From positions 3,348,001 through 3,412,000 of the forward strand of contig CATNEN010000001.1 of the NCBI GenBank assembly GCA_950097015.1: a stretch of 64,000 nucleotides of DNA, read 5' to 3'. Of the stretch, positions 35,172-49,346 are shown in pieces. Source of the stretch: Macrostomum hystrix (lineage: Eukaryota; Animalia; Platyhelminthes). The notes under the pieces are model-generated. The model made no database searches and was not told where the DNA came from. It was given only the letters and a program-made list of their open reading frames with translations. How positions within the stretch are numbered: position 1 is the stretch's first letter; the number at the start of each line of letters is the position of its first letter. Both the position numbers and the translations under genes were made by a program.

Positions 35172-35731
35172 TCAGCGACGCATCACCATGGAGACGGAGA
35201 GCGAGTCCGTCAGCCCGGAGCTCAAGGTCGCTGGACTGTGATTTGAAGGCTTGGAGCTGAGGAGCAATGACATGCACCATGATTTGCGTCTTTAGATTTT
35301 GTGCTTCTGGTAGAGTTACGAGTATTGTTGCCTCTCTATTTATTTCATGCATACAAAATTTATCATTTAACTTTGGACTAGTGGGTTACTGACAGTTTGC
35401 GCAAGTTAATGTTGGTTGAAAAATGTCTTTAATTTTGTAATGGATTTGTGTTTTAATGTTTTTTTTATTTCAATTTTTTTCCATTGAATCTTGAGTTCTC
35501 CAGACAGCTTTGAGCATGTTTTTTTTCAACAGCTTTTTATTGCTCAATGATATTCAGTTCTCATTTGTTGTTTCTGAGCATTGCTAATTAATTGGTGTCT
35601 GGAGTATAGATGCTCCCTCACATCATAGACAGTGCTGAGATTTGTACTTTTACAGCTGGACTGCTCATACTCGTAAATCTGTCAGTTTGCCCAGCCACAC
35701 AACTCCAGCTGGTCTCGTCAGTCTTTTGAAG

Positions 35732-36410
35732 TCAGCCCACCCTGATCAGTTCTCAGAGCCTGAGCTGTCAGCCCACCCTGATCAGTTCTCAGAGCCTGAG
35801 CTGTCAGCCCACCCTGATCAGTTCTCAGAGCCTGAGCTGTCAGCCCACCCTGATCAGTTCTCAGAGCCTGAGCTGTCAGCCCACCCTGATCAGTTCTCAG
35901 AGCCTGAGCTGTCAGCCCACCCTGATCAGTTCTCAGAGCCTGAGCTGTCAGCCCACCCTGATCAGTTCTCAGAGCCTGAGCTGTCAGCCCACCCTGATCA
36001 GTTCTCAGAGCCTGAGCTGTCAGCCCACCCTGATCAGTTCTCAGAGCCTGAGCTGTCAGCCCACCCTGATCAGTTCTCAGAGCCTGAGCTGTCAGCCCAC
36101 CCTGATCAGTTCTCAGAGCCTGAGCTGTCAGCCCACCCTGATCAGTTCTCAGAGCCTGAGCTGTCAGCCCACCCTGATCAGTTCTCAGAGCCTGAGCTGT
36201 CAGCCCACCCTGATCAGTTCTCAGAGCCTGAGCTGTCAGCCCACCCTGATCAGTTCTCAGAGCCTGAGCTGTCAGCCCACCCTGATCAGTTCTCAGAGCC
36301 TGAGCTGTCAGCCCACCCTGATCAGTTCTCAGAGCCTGAGCTGTCAGCCCACCCTGATCAGTTCTCAGAGCCTGAGCTGTCAGCCCACCCTGATCAGTTC
36401 TCAGAGCCTG
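35732..36410. repeat. 36-bp VNTR, ~19 apparently perfect copies
   Basis: Same unit as 4825-4928. Confidence 0.95.
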
Positions 36411-37124
36411 ACCTGGGAGAGGCCATTGTAGGTCAGCGGCTGTGGTGAAAAGTAACGGAATTTAGCAAGCATTTTAGCGGAAGTTTACGAAATCTCGCAG
36501 AGGTTAGCGCAAGTTGAGTACGAGAACAACTTAGGCTGTTTTTATAAAGTAAATCAAAATTTGCTTTAATTTTTGTTCCAATTTTTTCTTTTCTTTTTTA
36601 CATTCTAAAAATTGGGTCAGTGCTGTGGTGTGGTGAGATTTAAAATTTTGAATTTTCTTTGGTCATGTGTGTTTTTTTTCAATGGTGTAGAATATAAAAA
36701 ATATATATACCTTACTATTATATTATGTCGACTATTAAAGTAAACACAATGGCCCAGGCGACAATTGTAGGCATGACTGCTCGAATTCAATTTTATTTGA
36801 CATCTATTTAATTACAAATTTACGTTAAATAAAATTGCACAAATCAAACTTAGGTTCAATGATTCTAGTGCAAGCAAAAGTGTTTAAGTAATGAGTAAAC
36901 AAAGCTGCATTCCCAAGCTCCACAGCTGCATCGTGAGCTTCAACCAGGACATCTCATGCTGTTGCCAACAGCTTTCAGGAGCACCAACTCGCTGATGTTG
37001 ATGCTGTTGTTGTTGTGGGTGATGCAACTAAAGCTACAGAATACAAAATACTCCAACAGGACGTGCTGCGTCGTATCGTCCTCCAACTCGCAAAACCTTG
37101 CCGACAATGAGCTGGCAGGCTTAC

Positions 37125-37535
37125 TGACAAGTCTTGCTGACAGTCTTGCTGACAGTCTTGCTGACAGTCTTGCTGACAAGTCTTGCTGACAGTCTTGCTG
37201 ACAGTCTTGCTGACAGTCTTGCTGACAGTCTTGCTGACAGTCTTGCTGACAGTCTTGATGACAGTCTTGATGACAGTCTTGATGACAGTCTTGCTGGCAG
37301 TCTTGCTAGCAGTCTTGCTGACAGTCTTGCTGACAGTCTTGATGACAGTCTTGATGACAGTCTTGATGACAGTCTTGATGACAGTCTTGCTGGCAGTCTT
37401 GCTAGCAGTCTTGCTGACAGTCTTGCTGACAGTCTTGCTGGCAGTCTCGCTGGCAGTCTCGCTGGCAGTCTTGCTGGCAGTCTCGCTGGCAGTCTCGCTG
37501 GCAGTCTTGCTGGCAGTCTCGCTGGCAGTCTCGCG
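37125..37535. repeat. 12-bp tandem repeat
   Basis: Paralogue of 5640-6040. Confidence 0.9.
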
Positions 37536-38506
37536 TCAGTGGCTGTGTGGCGCCTTGCCTCTACCTCAGCTGTCTCAGCTCTCTCTTAGCTCACTTAGCG
37601 AACTTTGCTAGCGCTCACCTTCAATCTAACCGAGAATTATCTCTTCACTTCATGCTCCAACACCTGATTTCGTGACTAATTGCCGCGCGGTCTCTTCCTA
37701 GTTGCCTCAGCGCCTTCAAGCACACCTTGCTACACTGCACGTCTATCGACGATTCTGCCTCCTACTGCGGGTCGTCCAGTCTCTCGAAGGCCAAGTCAAC
37801 CCGGATCCAGGTGATCAGCTCCCACAGTCAAACAGCATGTTGTTTGTGCCTACAGCGGTCTTAACTGCTCAGCCAGGTACACACACCTCCTCCATTGTGA
37901 GTCTAGTGTCTCGCAACAGCAGCACATCCACTCGATAAAATCCTTCACAATTCACAGTTGCACTGAAGTACCGTGAGACCCTGTTTGCACTGCCCGCTGC
38001 CCGCTCTCGCGCTTCTAAATCAGCACCCGCTGTGCCTCAACAGAAACACCTTAAATTAAAAAACAAATAAACAAATATTCACTAAGTCAGCAATCCATTT
38101 AAACAGAACAGATAGGAATTAACACACAAGAAACAGAATGGGTCAGAAAGTGTATTTGATAATTGAGGCAAAGATAAACAAAAGAAAACAGTATTTAAAT
38201 TGTGTCATTTAGTTGGACAGATGAAACACAAGGCACACAATAATCATTGCCAGATAAGAGCAAATACTAATATTGTAGAATAAGAATTTGACAATTTCGC
38301 ATTCCATTCAAGTGCATTGGTTCGATGCCTATGTAATTTATGAATATTATAATTGACATGTGCCTTCTAGGGTGAAATGCCACCTTCTGCTGCTAACAAG
38401 TAGTTTTAACGGACATGAAATACAGAATGGAATCGTTTTTTGCTGCTACTAAAAGAAAGTGAGAAACTGGTCAAAGCAAATAGTCAAGACATTGCGTTGT
38501 AGTACA

Positions 38507-41500
38507 TCAACTACGCCAGAACATAACAGACATTAGCATTCTCTTCAATCGGCCCTTCAAAGTGTGATCATCTGTCACAGTCTGAGGATTAGGATTAGTA
38601 ACAGAAGCTAGTTTACATGCGACATTGTGCATAAACCCTGATCCAACAGCCAATACAGTGCATACTAGACACAGGACATTGTATGGCATGCTAAAGTCTG
38701 GCTTTGGAACATTCACTAGCAATGCTTCAGTGTACAGTCGAACAAATGTTGGTTCAGTTGTGACATTCTGTGACAAGCTGTCAGTCAACAATTGACCAAC
38801 TGACAGTGCAGATTGTGACAGAACAGGTAGGCGTAGAGTCACGTCTGTCGGTGTGTTGAACGACAGCACAGTCGGTGGAAGGTACAGGCCGTGATTTGCA
38901 TCCGGCGGAAATTCATTCCAACGAACTAGCTGCTTGGCGAATCGATAACTGATGCGCAGTGTGGCTCTTGGTGGAACACTGACTAACAGTTCGATCTTAG
39001 CTGGCCTGTGACGATCAACACTTTGCTGATAGTGCACCTGGACAATTGGCGTTGATAGGAAATCTGTACTTCAGCAGCTGATTGCAAGCAGACTATGGGT
39101 GACACCCACCTGAACTAAACCTGACACCCACCTGAACTAAACCTGACACCTACCTGAACTAAACCTGACACCCACCTGAACTAAACCTGACACCCACCTG
39201 AACTAAACCTGACACCCACCTGAACTAAACCTGACACATACCTGAACTAAACCTGACACCCACCTGAACTAAACCTGAAACCTACCTGAACTAATCCTCA
39301 GCTGTGACCCCACCTGAACTAAACCTCAGCAGTGACACTCACCTGAACTAAACCTGACACCCACCTGAACTAAACCTGAAACCCACCTGAACTAATCCTT
39401 AGCTGTGACCCCACCTGAACTAATCTTCAGCTGTGACACCCGCCTGAATTTAACCTGACGCCCACCTGAACTAAACCTCAGGTGTGACACCCGCCTGAAC
39501 TAAACCTCAGGTGTGACACCCGCCTGAACTAAACCTCAGGTGTGACACCCGCCTGAACTAAACCTCAGGTGTGACACCCACCTGAACTAAACCTCAGCTG
39601 TGACACTCACCTGAACTAAACCTCAGGTGTGGAACCCAGGGAGAAAGCCACAAACCAGTCACTCAAAGGCCCAGTACTCTACTCACAAGTAGCGTAGCAC
39701 GCAATCAGACTTTAATCAGAGTTAAAGTATGCTCACCTTGGTCGGCTTTTGTGTCAGATCGCCCAGACGGAGCTCAAGCGTGTGGAATAGCATTCTCAGC
39801 TGCCAGGGTACAGTCTCCAACAGGACTACGTTAATAGCTTGCTTGGGATGCCGGTTGCTAATAGCAACTACAACGCCGCCCAGCTCACTCCCGGTGCCAA
39901 CCTGAATGCGTTAAAACAATTCGTTACTTTATCACGTTACTTTTACTTTCTTTGATTCGTTTACCAAACTGATCCATCTAGATCTCAGAAGAGGTAATGC
40001 CACATCTCAGAACAGGTAATGCCACATCTCAGAACAGGTAATGCCACATCTCAGAACAGGTAATGCCACATCTCAGAACAGGTAATGCCACATCTCAGAA
40101 CAGGTAATGCCACATCTCAGAACAGGTAATGCCACATCTCAGAACAGGTAATGCCACATCTCAGAACAGGTAATGCCACATCTCAGAACAGGTAATGCCA
40201 CATCTCAGAACAGGTAATGCCACATCTCAGAACAGGTGATTCCACATCTCAGAACAGGTAATTCCACATCTCAGAACAGGTAGTTCCACATCTCAGAACA
40301 AGCAATTCCACATGTCAGAACAGGTAATTCCACATCTCAGAACAGGTAATTCCACATCTCAGAACAGGTGATTCCACATCTCAGAACAGGTGATTCCACA
40401 TCTCAGAACAACACCCACCTGATATTTCTGAGCAGTCAAAGGCGGTGGCTGCAGCCGTTCCACTGGTACCCAGGTCCAGGGAAAGCCAAATCGAATATCG
40501 ACGGAATCTCTGGGACCGTCGCGCAACATATCGGCTAAATTGTAGTCGAGAACTTTCAGCCCGCCTTGCAGATGGCGCGACTGTGTCGCGGGGTCCGGCA
40601 GCACAGAAGCTTGGTCGGCAGCAGAAGCCGAAGTTCGCTGTGTCACCAGCAGTCGAGAGCCAACAGGACCAATGGCTAGGGAGCAGGGCACGGAGACTGC
40701 GCGACCAAGGAGACTGTGTACTGACCTGGGATCGAACCAAGGAGTGACAACAGATGTGAGAGTGACTTGGTGTGTACATCTGTGCTGACTTACTCATCGT
40801 CAGACAATAAACACACACTCACTGCGCCCTAAACTTTGACCCTTAACAGTGAGAATGATATAAAATAGTTTCCAAGCCCTCTTTCAGGATTCGAACTTAG
40901 GAACCTTGGTGGGAGACGCAAGAGACGTCTTAAAAGGTAGTCCAAGAAACTGCGGTTGTGCTGTCAGCTGCTAATCTGGCTCAATCTTGGCAGGTGCTAA
41001 CTATCAATCATTTATAGAAGTGTAAAACTCACCAATCCGCTTTGCCTAGTTGAGCAACGCGCCTATCAATGACAGCTGTGAGAGCCAGTCGGAGTGCCAA
41101 GCCCTGATGCGTTGGTTTCAAATGAACCTGTACAGAATTATAAGCGGAATCGTGCAATCGCACAGCGTTCAATAACTGGCCAACACCCGCCTGCTTCTTG
41201 CATGGCAACAAGCGAGCCCAGGGTGTTAGATTTTCAGTGCAAACGCCCTGGTTAACAATGTGGGCCACGCGCAACTGCCGGGGCTCCCTGCCGCGCTGAG
41301 AAAGACCCTCGGGTCGGTAGCTCCACGCTGGCGATGTGGTCACGGCGCCGGTGGCCATGGCATTGATGGAGGCGCAGAACATGCCGGAGACTGCCAATAC
41401 AAACTCTCGCCAATTGGATTCAACCTGCGACTGTTCGGTTCCAGACATCCACGCCCAGAGCTCGGCTCCCTGCGGCTGCGGCTGTGTTGCGTAGCCCCAC

Positions 41501-43019
41501 GCGGCGTGATTCCAGTAGCCCTGACTCAGGGTCAGGTGAAATTCTGACACTCGAAATTTACTAGCCAAATCGTTGATGCTGCGAGGGAAAAGGCTGAAGT
41601 GCTTGCGTCCTGTGTGTGGGTAGAAGCTTGGTTTATTGATTTTATTGATTTTGTTTATTGATTCCTAAGCCTTGTAGATGGCCTTAGCTTTGATCCTCCT
41701 TTGCAAAACACAGAGCTACTTTGAGTAGACATTGCATATTTTATTGATACCAATTAATATTGATATTATTGAAAATGTGAAAAAAGAATAACCACATATA
41801 TTTACCATTTTTTTAAATCTATGATAAAAATATAATTGACTTTATAAAATGGTAGACAATATGCATAATTATGAATGTCAAAAGAAAAATGTATTTCATT
41901 GCTTATTACTACATAATCAAGATATAATACACAGGTACAGGCCTGAAGAAAGATTTAGTAGGACTTAAAAACTAGAACATATATTAGTTTATATAGCTTT
42001 TGGTATTTGACTAATAATAGCTCCTTATGGGCGTACTTATGTAGCCTAATCTAAAATAGAATATTTCTATGAAAAACTCCCACAAATTTGTTGTAATAAC
42101 ACAATTATTTGTTGTAATTATTTATTTGTTTGAATGCATATGAAATATTTTTAATATGTATATTTAGTTAAATGAATTGAGAGGAAGAATCTACAAATAC
42201 AAGGCAAAGAAATGAAAGAACAGTTTTTCCAATTTGAGTATTCAAAAATATGTTTGATATATATATAATCTGACTTGGAGTTTTTAAAAAAATTGGAGAA
42301 TCATACTAGAAGAGAATTTGAAAGAGGTAAGAAACTATCTAAGAATCGCATGGCAACCAGTGTATTACCTTCATCTTTGTGAGTGAAATCGATAAACCTA
42401 TGATGATCCACTGGTAACACCCAGATAATTATAGAAATAACCCAAAAAACACTACTAGAATAACTATAAAGTGAATACTTATAACCATTTACAGATGCTA
42501 CCATTACCATGTATAAAAAATTCTTAAAATAATAGGCATAGAACAACTTTGGTGGCAATTGTGAGATAGAAATCAATAGTATTTGAATTAGGCAGACATC
42601 ACTACTAAAAAGTAAGAGGTTCATTTTCCTATAGCCTATTTCCTATATTTTCCTATCATTTTCCTACATTCAAAACTAAAACAAAATTACAATAAATTAA
42701 AGCTCATGTTTGAAAGCTGTTTCAAATAGCTAGCTAGATATTTCATGGGAGATTTCAAGCATTATTGATAGCTAATTTTGTTTGTTACTAAAAAATGTAA
42801 CATGCAAATTAGCTATTATTTTTTGCATAACTTACCAGTTGAAGTCGCTTCAAAATCAAAGTTTTCCACTTTGCGAGTGAAAAGAAAATTGAAACCAAAA
42901 TAGGAGAAGCCATTGCCTAAGTCAGATAGAACTAACTCCTCAGAGAAATCTTCATTATCAACTGAAGCAGCAACAGCGCACAAGGAAAGTGTAATAACTA
43001 GAGCATTAACCACGTGCAT
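38507..43019 (-). CDS. PIGT: GPI transamidase component PIG-T (Gpi16); exons 43019-42836, 41609-41033, 40725-40419, 39901-39737, 39037-38507
   Basis: Signal peptide; HFSLFPR, GAELWAW, SGMFCASIN, VCTENLTPWARLLPC, ETVPW, PPDANHG, PDFSMPYNV plus TM helix; splice phases consistent. Confidence 0.92.
39100..39630. repeat. Intronic ~22-28-bp minisatellite (acacccacctgaactaaacctg)
   Basis: Direct inspection. Confidence 0.88.
39982..40410. repeat. Intronic 22-bp minisatellite (tctcagaacaggtaatgccaca)
   Basis: Direct inspection. Confidence 0.9.
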
Positions 43020-44481
43020 TTTATCAAGCCAATTTTTATTAGAAGGGAACTAAAAGAGTAAAAGCGAATAGTCACCGAGTATGCCTATTACTATTAGAAT
43101 AAAGTGGAAACGGACTTTAGCTAGATAGAGCCAAGACGTTGCTTTGGCCTTTGTCAGAACTTATGCAGAGGACTCAATTTAAGTGGCTCTAAATTATTAT
43201 ACTTTTGGGTTATTGCTGGCTTAAATTAAAAATAGGGAATAGTCAGTACATTCTGAATCTGTTCGTGTTATAAATGAATACACTTTACGACATTAATTAA
43301 ATAGAAGTGTATACTCAATAAATGTAAAAATTATGCTAAAAGTGCTTGAAAAACTATGTCAAAATTTGTTTCTGAAGTCGAAAGAATCAAGTTGCATAAT
43401 TCTGTACATTGATGCTCTAATAAATTTTATATTTTTGTTTTAACGTTTCTCTGCTTCGTCAGATACTTCACGCACCAAAAAGTGCTAGTTCAGTTTAGTG
43501 AATATGTTGTAAAACTCAAAGCAAAAGCTACTTACATGTATATCTTAGTCTAAATAAATATTAGAAACAGCTGCTTCAGCCTGGCCTTCACAATTTCAAT
43601 TTGTCATAACTACGCACGATTTCCGGCCATAACACGGTCGGGCGCACAATTGATCCACTAGATCGAAGGACGTACGGGACACTTCGTTTCTGGAAAAATG
43701 TATAAAAGCCAGATTTTCACGGAAAGTGCACCAGCGAGATATGAACTTCTTACGGTTTTCACATTAAATCCTTTTGGAAGCAGATCCAATTCCGTTTTTA
43801 CTAGCTTGCAAAACATGATGCTTTAGCGAATTTTGGAAAGTTTTATTTATCTTCATTTTATTTTCGTCTATTTATCATGAATCAAAATAGAAAAAAAATG
43901 AGACATAAAATTTTTCTATCTTTGCCAACTGATTTGTTAATGAAAAAATTCTACGTCATTCTCGTAATACACACTAGCCCTTATAATTGATTAGAAAGTG
44001 ATTGTAAAATAGAGTTACTCTCGAGATAGCTATTGACTGGCTATTGTGCTTCATGATAGATGAAGCAGTAAATTGCTTTCCTAAACAATTTAGGGAATTT
44101 TTTTATATGTACTTGATCGCTTATTCTTCTGAGCGTTTTTTCTACCCACTATAACCAGTAATATTCTTTTTTGACAAAAATATTGTGTCGGCATGCATGT
44201 ACAAGAATCTAATGATTAATGCGACATCAGCTTTGCATGCAACAGATAGCCTCTTAATAAGGACACCACAGCATAATTAACGATGTTAATTAAATATGAA
44301 TTTTATTTTACAGAGTCGATTATTTTTGGTGTGCAGCCGGTTGCTAATTAAATGTTCAGATAAGACACGGTATAACATACAAGTAAAAAATAATATAACT
44401 TTTTGAATTGGGACGCGATACCAAGGATTTAGGATGTGGAGTAGCGATGATTAAGGATGCGGTACCAATTTAACTTAACTT

Positions 44482-45007
44482 ACGGTACCGATGAATTTGG
44501 GATGCGGTACCGATGAATTTGGGATACGGTACCGATGATTTGGGATACGGTACCGATGAATTTGGGATACGGTACCGATGATTCGGGATACGGTACCGAT
44601 GATTTGCGATACGGTACCGATGAAATGGGATATGGTAACGATGAATTTGGGATACGGTACCGATGAATTGGGATACGGTAACGATGATTTGGGATACGGT
44701 AACGATGAATTGGGATACGGTACCGATGAATTGGGATATGGTAACGATGAATTGGGATACGGTACCGATGAATTGGGATATGGTAACGACGATTTGGGAT
44801 ATGGTAACGATGAATTGGGATACGGTAACGATGATTTGGGATACGGTAACGATGAATTGGGATACGGTAACGATGAATTGGGATACGGTAACGATGAATT
44901 GGGATACGGTAACGATGAATTGGGATACGGTAACGATGAATTGGGATACGGTACCGATGAATTGGGATACGGTAACGATGATTTGGGATACGGTACCGAT
45001 GATTTGG
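44482..45007. repeat. 21-22-bp minisatellite (ttgggatacggtaacgatgaa)
   Basis: Direct inspection. Confidence 0.9.
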
Positions 45008-45271
45008 AGGGCGTAGTATGCTAATCCAATTAAAAGGGCCTTAATGCCTTGACTTCCCGCTGGCTATGCCTCTGTCATGGACCAGGTGAGCTTAATAAAC
45101 AAGCAAATAGTTCATGCGTTCGTGTGAGCATTTTTGTTTATGGTCAATGACATTGTCGGCAAAAAGTTGACACTCAAAACATAACTGAAGATCAGCATTG
45201 TAAAATAACACGAGAGAACACTTCAACCCTACCCCACAGTTAAGCATGCACTATTAATTATCAATAGGTGA

Positions 45272-47498
45272 TTATGGACAGGTGTCACTCAGGTACCAGA
45301 TCGAGGCCAATCCGCCTCCGTTGGCATTGGCGGGGCCGAGCAGGAGACAAGAATTCGAGCTGAAGCACGCGGAGCCGCCCGCGCCGCCAGCATCGGCGTA
45401 GGCGCCGCCGGAACCGCCGCCGGAGTAGCCGCCGCCGCCGCCCGCGGAGCCGTTAACCGAGCCGGCGCCGCCGCCACCGAAGCCGCCTTCAAAGCCGCCG
45501 GGCCCGCCGCCGAGCCAGCTTTGATTGCGCGACAGCCCGGGCATGGCGTCGCCAGCCACTGTTACCAGGGCAACGGCTGAGGCTGAGCCAAGCCAGCCAG
45601 CCCCGGGACCGCCGCGTGCGCGATCGTTGCTCACTCGCGATCCGGCAGATCCTGGATTGCCGCCGACTCCACCGGGCCCGGCTAGGCTAGGCATTAGGCC
45701 ATCCGAGCTGGTGCCGTTGCTGCTTCCGGTCGCGTTGACACCTGCAATTGAAAGCAATTTTCTAGCTTTGATGCCATCCTCTATGACCAGTGTGGGAAAA
45801 AGTCAAAAAGTCAAGCCATCCTCTATGACCAGTGTGGGGAAAAGTCCAACCATCCTATATGACCAGTGTGGGAAAAAGTCAAAAAGTCAAGCCATCCTCT
45901 ATGACCAGTGTGGGGAAAAGTCAAGCCATCCTCTATGACCAGTGTGGGGAAAAGTCAAGCCATCCTCTATGACCAGTGTGGGAGAAGTCAAACAGACCTT
46001 GAAAATCATAAGCTCAAACACATTGAGTCTACTTTCTCACCTGGCTTTAAGGCGGAAGCTCCACCGCCTCCGCCGGCCGCTAGCAGAAGTTGGGTAGCAG
46101 CTGACGATGGTGACTGCAGCCAGATGAAGCTGCCGCCGCCGCCGCCGCCACCACCGCCGGAGGTGCCTCCCGCTGATGTGGCAGCTCTACCCGCCTGTCC
46201 TGCCACCAGAGCAACCTGCTGCCCGGCTGTGAGTTGAAAATCGCCTCTGACGCTGGCGCCCCAACCGCCGACGAGCACGGAGCCTCCGGAGACAGCGCAG
46301 TTGCCACCGGCGGCGCCAACAGTTGTGAGTTGATAGCAGCCACTCAGGTTGATGGTCAACAGGTGAATTGGGCCAGTTCTGTTTGCTGTGGAGCCACCTG
46401 AATTTCAATTGGAAATATTGTGACCGTTCCAGGTAGCGTCGACAGTTCGGGTTGAACTGAATCGATTGGGAGTTAAGTGTTTTACTCAATCGGACATAAA
46501 TCTTTTCCGCAGGGCGAATATTCGAACTCGCGACGTCTCCGTCAGAAGATTTAACCACTGGGCCCACTAAGTTTAACGCCTATTCTAATAGCACATCATT
46601 TGGTGACACTAGACCCGCAGCCAGAGACGAGTTGATTCTGCCCATTTCGCTGACTCCTGAGCACACACGCACACAGATACCGTACGCAAGCACACGCTCA
46701 CACCGGTGTGTACATCTGCCCTGACTTTCTCATTGTCAAGCAATGTACACTCTCACTGTGCCTCTGAGGTTGGCCCTCAAGGTTGGCCCCAAGCCTTCTC
46801 TCACCAAATAGATGTGGCCTCGCCGCAAAATCGAGCTCAGGAACGTTTGGTACGTGGGGCAAACTCTCTGCTACTTGGATCAGCCAATCAGAAATTTAAT
46901 ACCTGCACATTATATATTATAATTGATAGAATATAACCTAGTTTACCTTAAAATTTAAAACCGAATCACTTAAAGCTCTACAGACAAAAAGTTCTTTTTT
47001 ACCTGAATAATTAGCCAAAATTGGTTGAATATTAACAGTCGACGTTGTTGACTGAGTCGTAGAGGATATTGTGGCGGATGTTGTAGCAATGTTAGTCGTG
47101 ATGGTAGTGGCTGCTGTAGTTGTTCCCACACTAGCAGCCGCATCGGACCAGATCTCATTGTCCGAACTCGATGAGATGTCACCAAGCGTCAGATTAATGG
47201 CTGTAAAACCCGCGGGTGCAGTCTGTGGCGGATGAAAATAGAGGGTGCAATTAGCGCTGGACTTGCTGTAGGTCAGGGCGAGACACGGCGGAGCTGACGG
47301 CTGCAGCCGGCCCTGATTGCACAGCGAGGCGCAGACCAGACGACTGGACACCGGGCGTCGATTCACCGCAGCCACTGTCAGGCTTGGCGAGAAGCTGATC
47401 ATTGTTCGACGCGTCAGACTCTGCTGGACAATGCTACCATCGGTTGCTAGGGGCAACAGCAACAACTGTAGCACAATAGCAGCCAGCAGGACATTCAT
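45272..47498 (-). CDS. Secreted protein: signal peptide, PAN/apple-like domain, Thr-rich stalk, ALK/LTK-type glycine-rich domain (~440 aa); exons 47498-47003, 46397-46041, 45741-45272
   Basis: Hydrophobic N-terminus; C-xxx-C...C.A.TY....C.LY pattern; GAAGG, GGWGASVRG.F.L..GQ...LVAGQ.G, GGGGGSF, AAGGGGG, GGFGGGG, GGGGGYSGG motifs; exon phases consistent. Confidence 0.75.
46635..46840. repeat. Dispersed repeat (SINE/MITE-like), second copy at ~52006-52245
   Basis: Shared sequence ctgcccatt.cgctgactcctgagcacac...ctgactttctcat.gtca.gca.tgtacact...gaggttgg.cctcaagg in two introns. Confidence 0.65.
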
Positions 47499-48324
47499 GG
47501 CTAGCAGAGGATGTGTTAGAAGCTTGTTGATGTGTATAACGAGTTTTAGCTCACAGGAAGCTCAAACTTTTATGCTGAGTCAGTTTTTAAGACTTGAAAA
47601 GTTTTCTTACTATACAAAAACGTTTCTAGGGGCAACAGGCTAAAGCAATGGAGTGTTGAATGAGCAGCTGAAAGCGATGTTCCAGCCCTGTTAACGATCA
47701 ACGGAAAAGATTTCCCAGGTAAAAAAGCGAGCCAATGGCAGACTGGAGCACACATACTCACACTCACGGTGAAGGCATTTAACCAGCTCGTCAGGCTTCA
47801 AGCGTTGACTCAGCATCAATAATTCATCACTAAATGGGTCGGGTGCAATGCAGTCCCACAATTTTCTGGCATCTGCATGGAAAATGGCGCAAGTTTTTTA
47901 ATTACTTAAAGAAACATAAAGTCCTTCTCACCCTTAGTGGAAGCAATGGCAGTTAGCAAAGCAAGTTAATACCTACCTGTGAAGTGAGTTGTGCTGAGAA
48001 CGATGATGTTTTCATAATGCACGTTTGTGTTTACTAAATTTTAAACGTTCCTCCGTCGTTTTATGAAGGAAGTTTTCCATTATTTTCCTCTAATACAAAC
48101 GTCAAAACATGTTTTGCAGTTGCCATGTTCACTCGAGATCAATACTGGTTCCAGTTGCAAATTCTTAGAAAAAATCTGATTCTGTTATACAAAAGCTGTC
48201 GATTGAGCATAAAAACTGAACATTTTAGGAACAAATAATATCATGAGAACAATACGAGCTATGCCTTTCAATAACACAAGCTCTTGAAGAAAGGAAAGGA
48301 AAGGAAAGGAACAAAGGGGCTTTG

Positions 48325-48708
48325 AGCAGCAGTGGGGAAATAGAGCAGTGGGATCATGGAGCAGTGGGGTCATGGAGCAGTGGGATCATGGAGCAGTGGG
48401 GTCACGGAGCAGTGGGGTCATGGAGCAGTGGGGTCATGGAGAAGTGAGGTCATAGAGCAGTTGGGTCATGGATCAGTGCAGCGGGGTCATGGGTCAGTGG
48501 GGACATTGAGCAGCAGCGGGGCCATGGGTCAGTGGGGTCATTGAGCAGCAGTGGGGTCATGGATCAGTGCAGCGGGGTCATGGGTCAGTGGGGACATTGA
48601 GCAGCAGCGGGGCCATGGGTCAGTGGGGTCATTGAGCAGTAGTGGGGTCATGGAGCAGTGGGGTCATGGAACAGCAGTGGGGTCATTGAGCAGTTGGGTC
48701 ACGGAGCA
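48325..48708. repeat. ~16-bp minisatellite (ggagcagtggggtcat)
   Basis: Direct inspection. Confidence 0.85.
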
Positions 48709-49270
48709 AAGAGGCACATATTTTTTTGCTTTAGTTCACCGAGCTGTGTGAATCGTGTGCAAGTATCACAGATGCCAATGGTATATCAACGAGCAAAATA
48801 TTAAAATTGGATTAAGTACTAGCTTTCCCTACATAATGTTTGACCTAAATACTCGTAAAAGTTTCTCTTCGTACATGTTCGTTGTACTCGTACTTGCAAG
48901 TTCATATTTAGGTGCGAAACGGACTACACATTTCAGCCTGCACATGTCGTGCAGTAATTATTCCTTTAATTGATGGCTCTCAAATTGCATTTGTTTTGAA
49001 GGTGTTGTTGCAGGTTCGCAGTTCAAGTTAATAAATTTAGGGTGCTGGTTTAAAGTGATGCCCTCAACCAATTATCTGTCGACACAGAATGTACACTGAG
49101 AATGTACGTCTGTCTTGAAGGGTAAGAGATTTATATGAAAGGCTACAAGTAAATGGGGTTCACTTAGATTAATATCATTGATCACTCATTGAACAGAAAA
49201 AATTAGACCTTAATTAAGTTGGACAACTCACCGAGAAACTGAAAAGTTAGGATAGCCATCTTCAATATTT

Positions 49271-49313
49271 ATGATGCGTCGTAGCAGTTTCCTTACCAGC
49301 AATCAGGCACCTG

Positions 49314-49346
<33 letters not shown>

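Noticed and set aside
35642-36448. 268-aa SAHPDQFSEPEL repeat protein
   Set aside because: 36-bp VNTR with a TTG start; copy number differs in the paralogous flank. The same applies to repeat ORFs at 5457-6117, 27693-28619, 44578-45024, 55635-56438 and 57633-58700.
46510-46570. tRNA gene (A/B-box-like tggttaa...gttcgaat on the minus strand)
   Set aside because: No complete cloverleaf could be folded; more likely a degenerate tRNA-derived SINE head, as at ~40885-40930.
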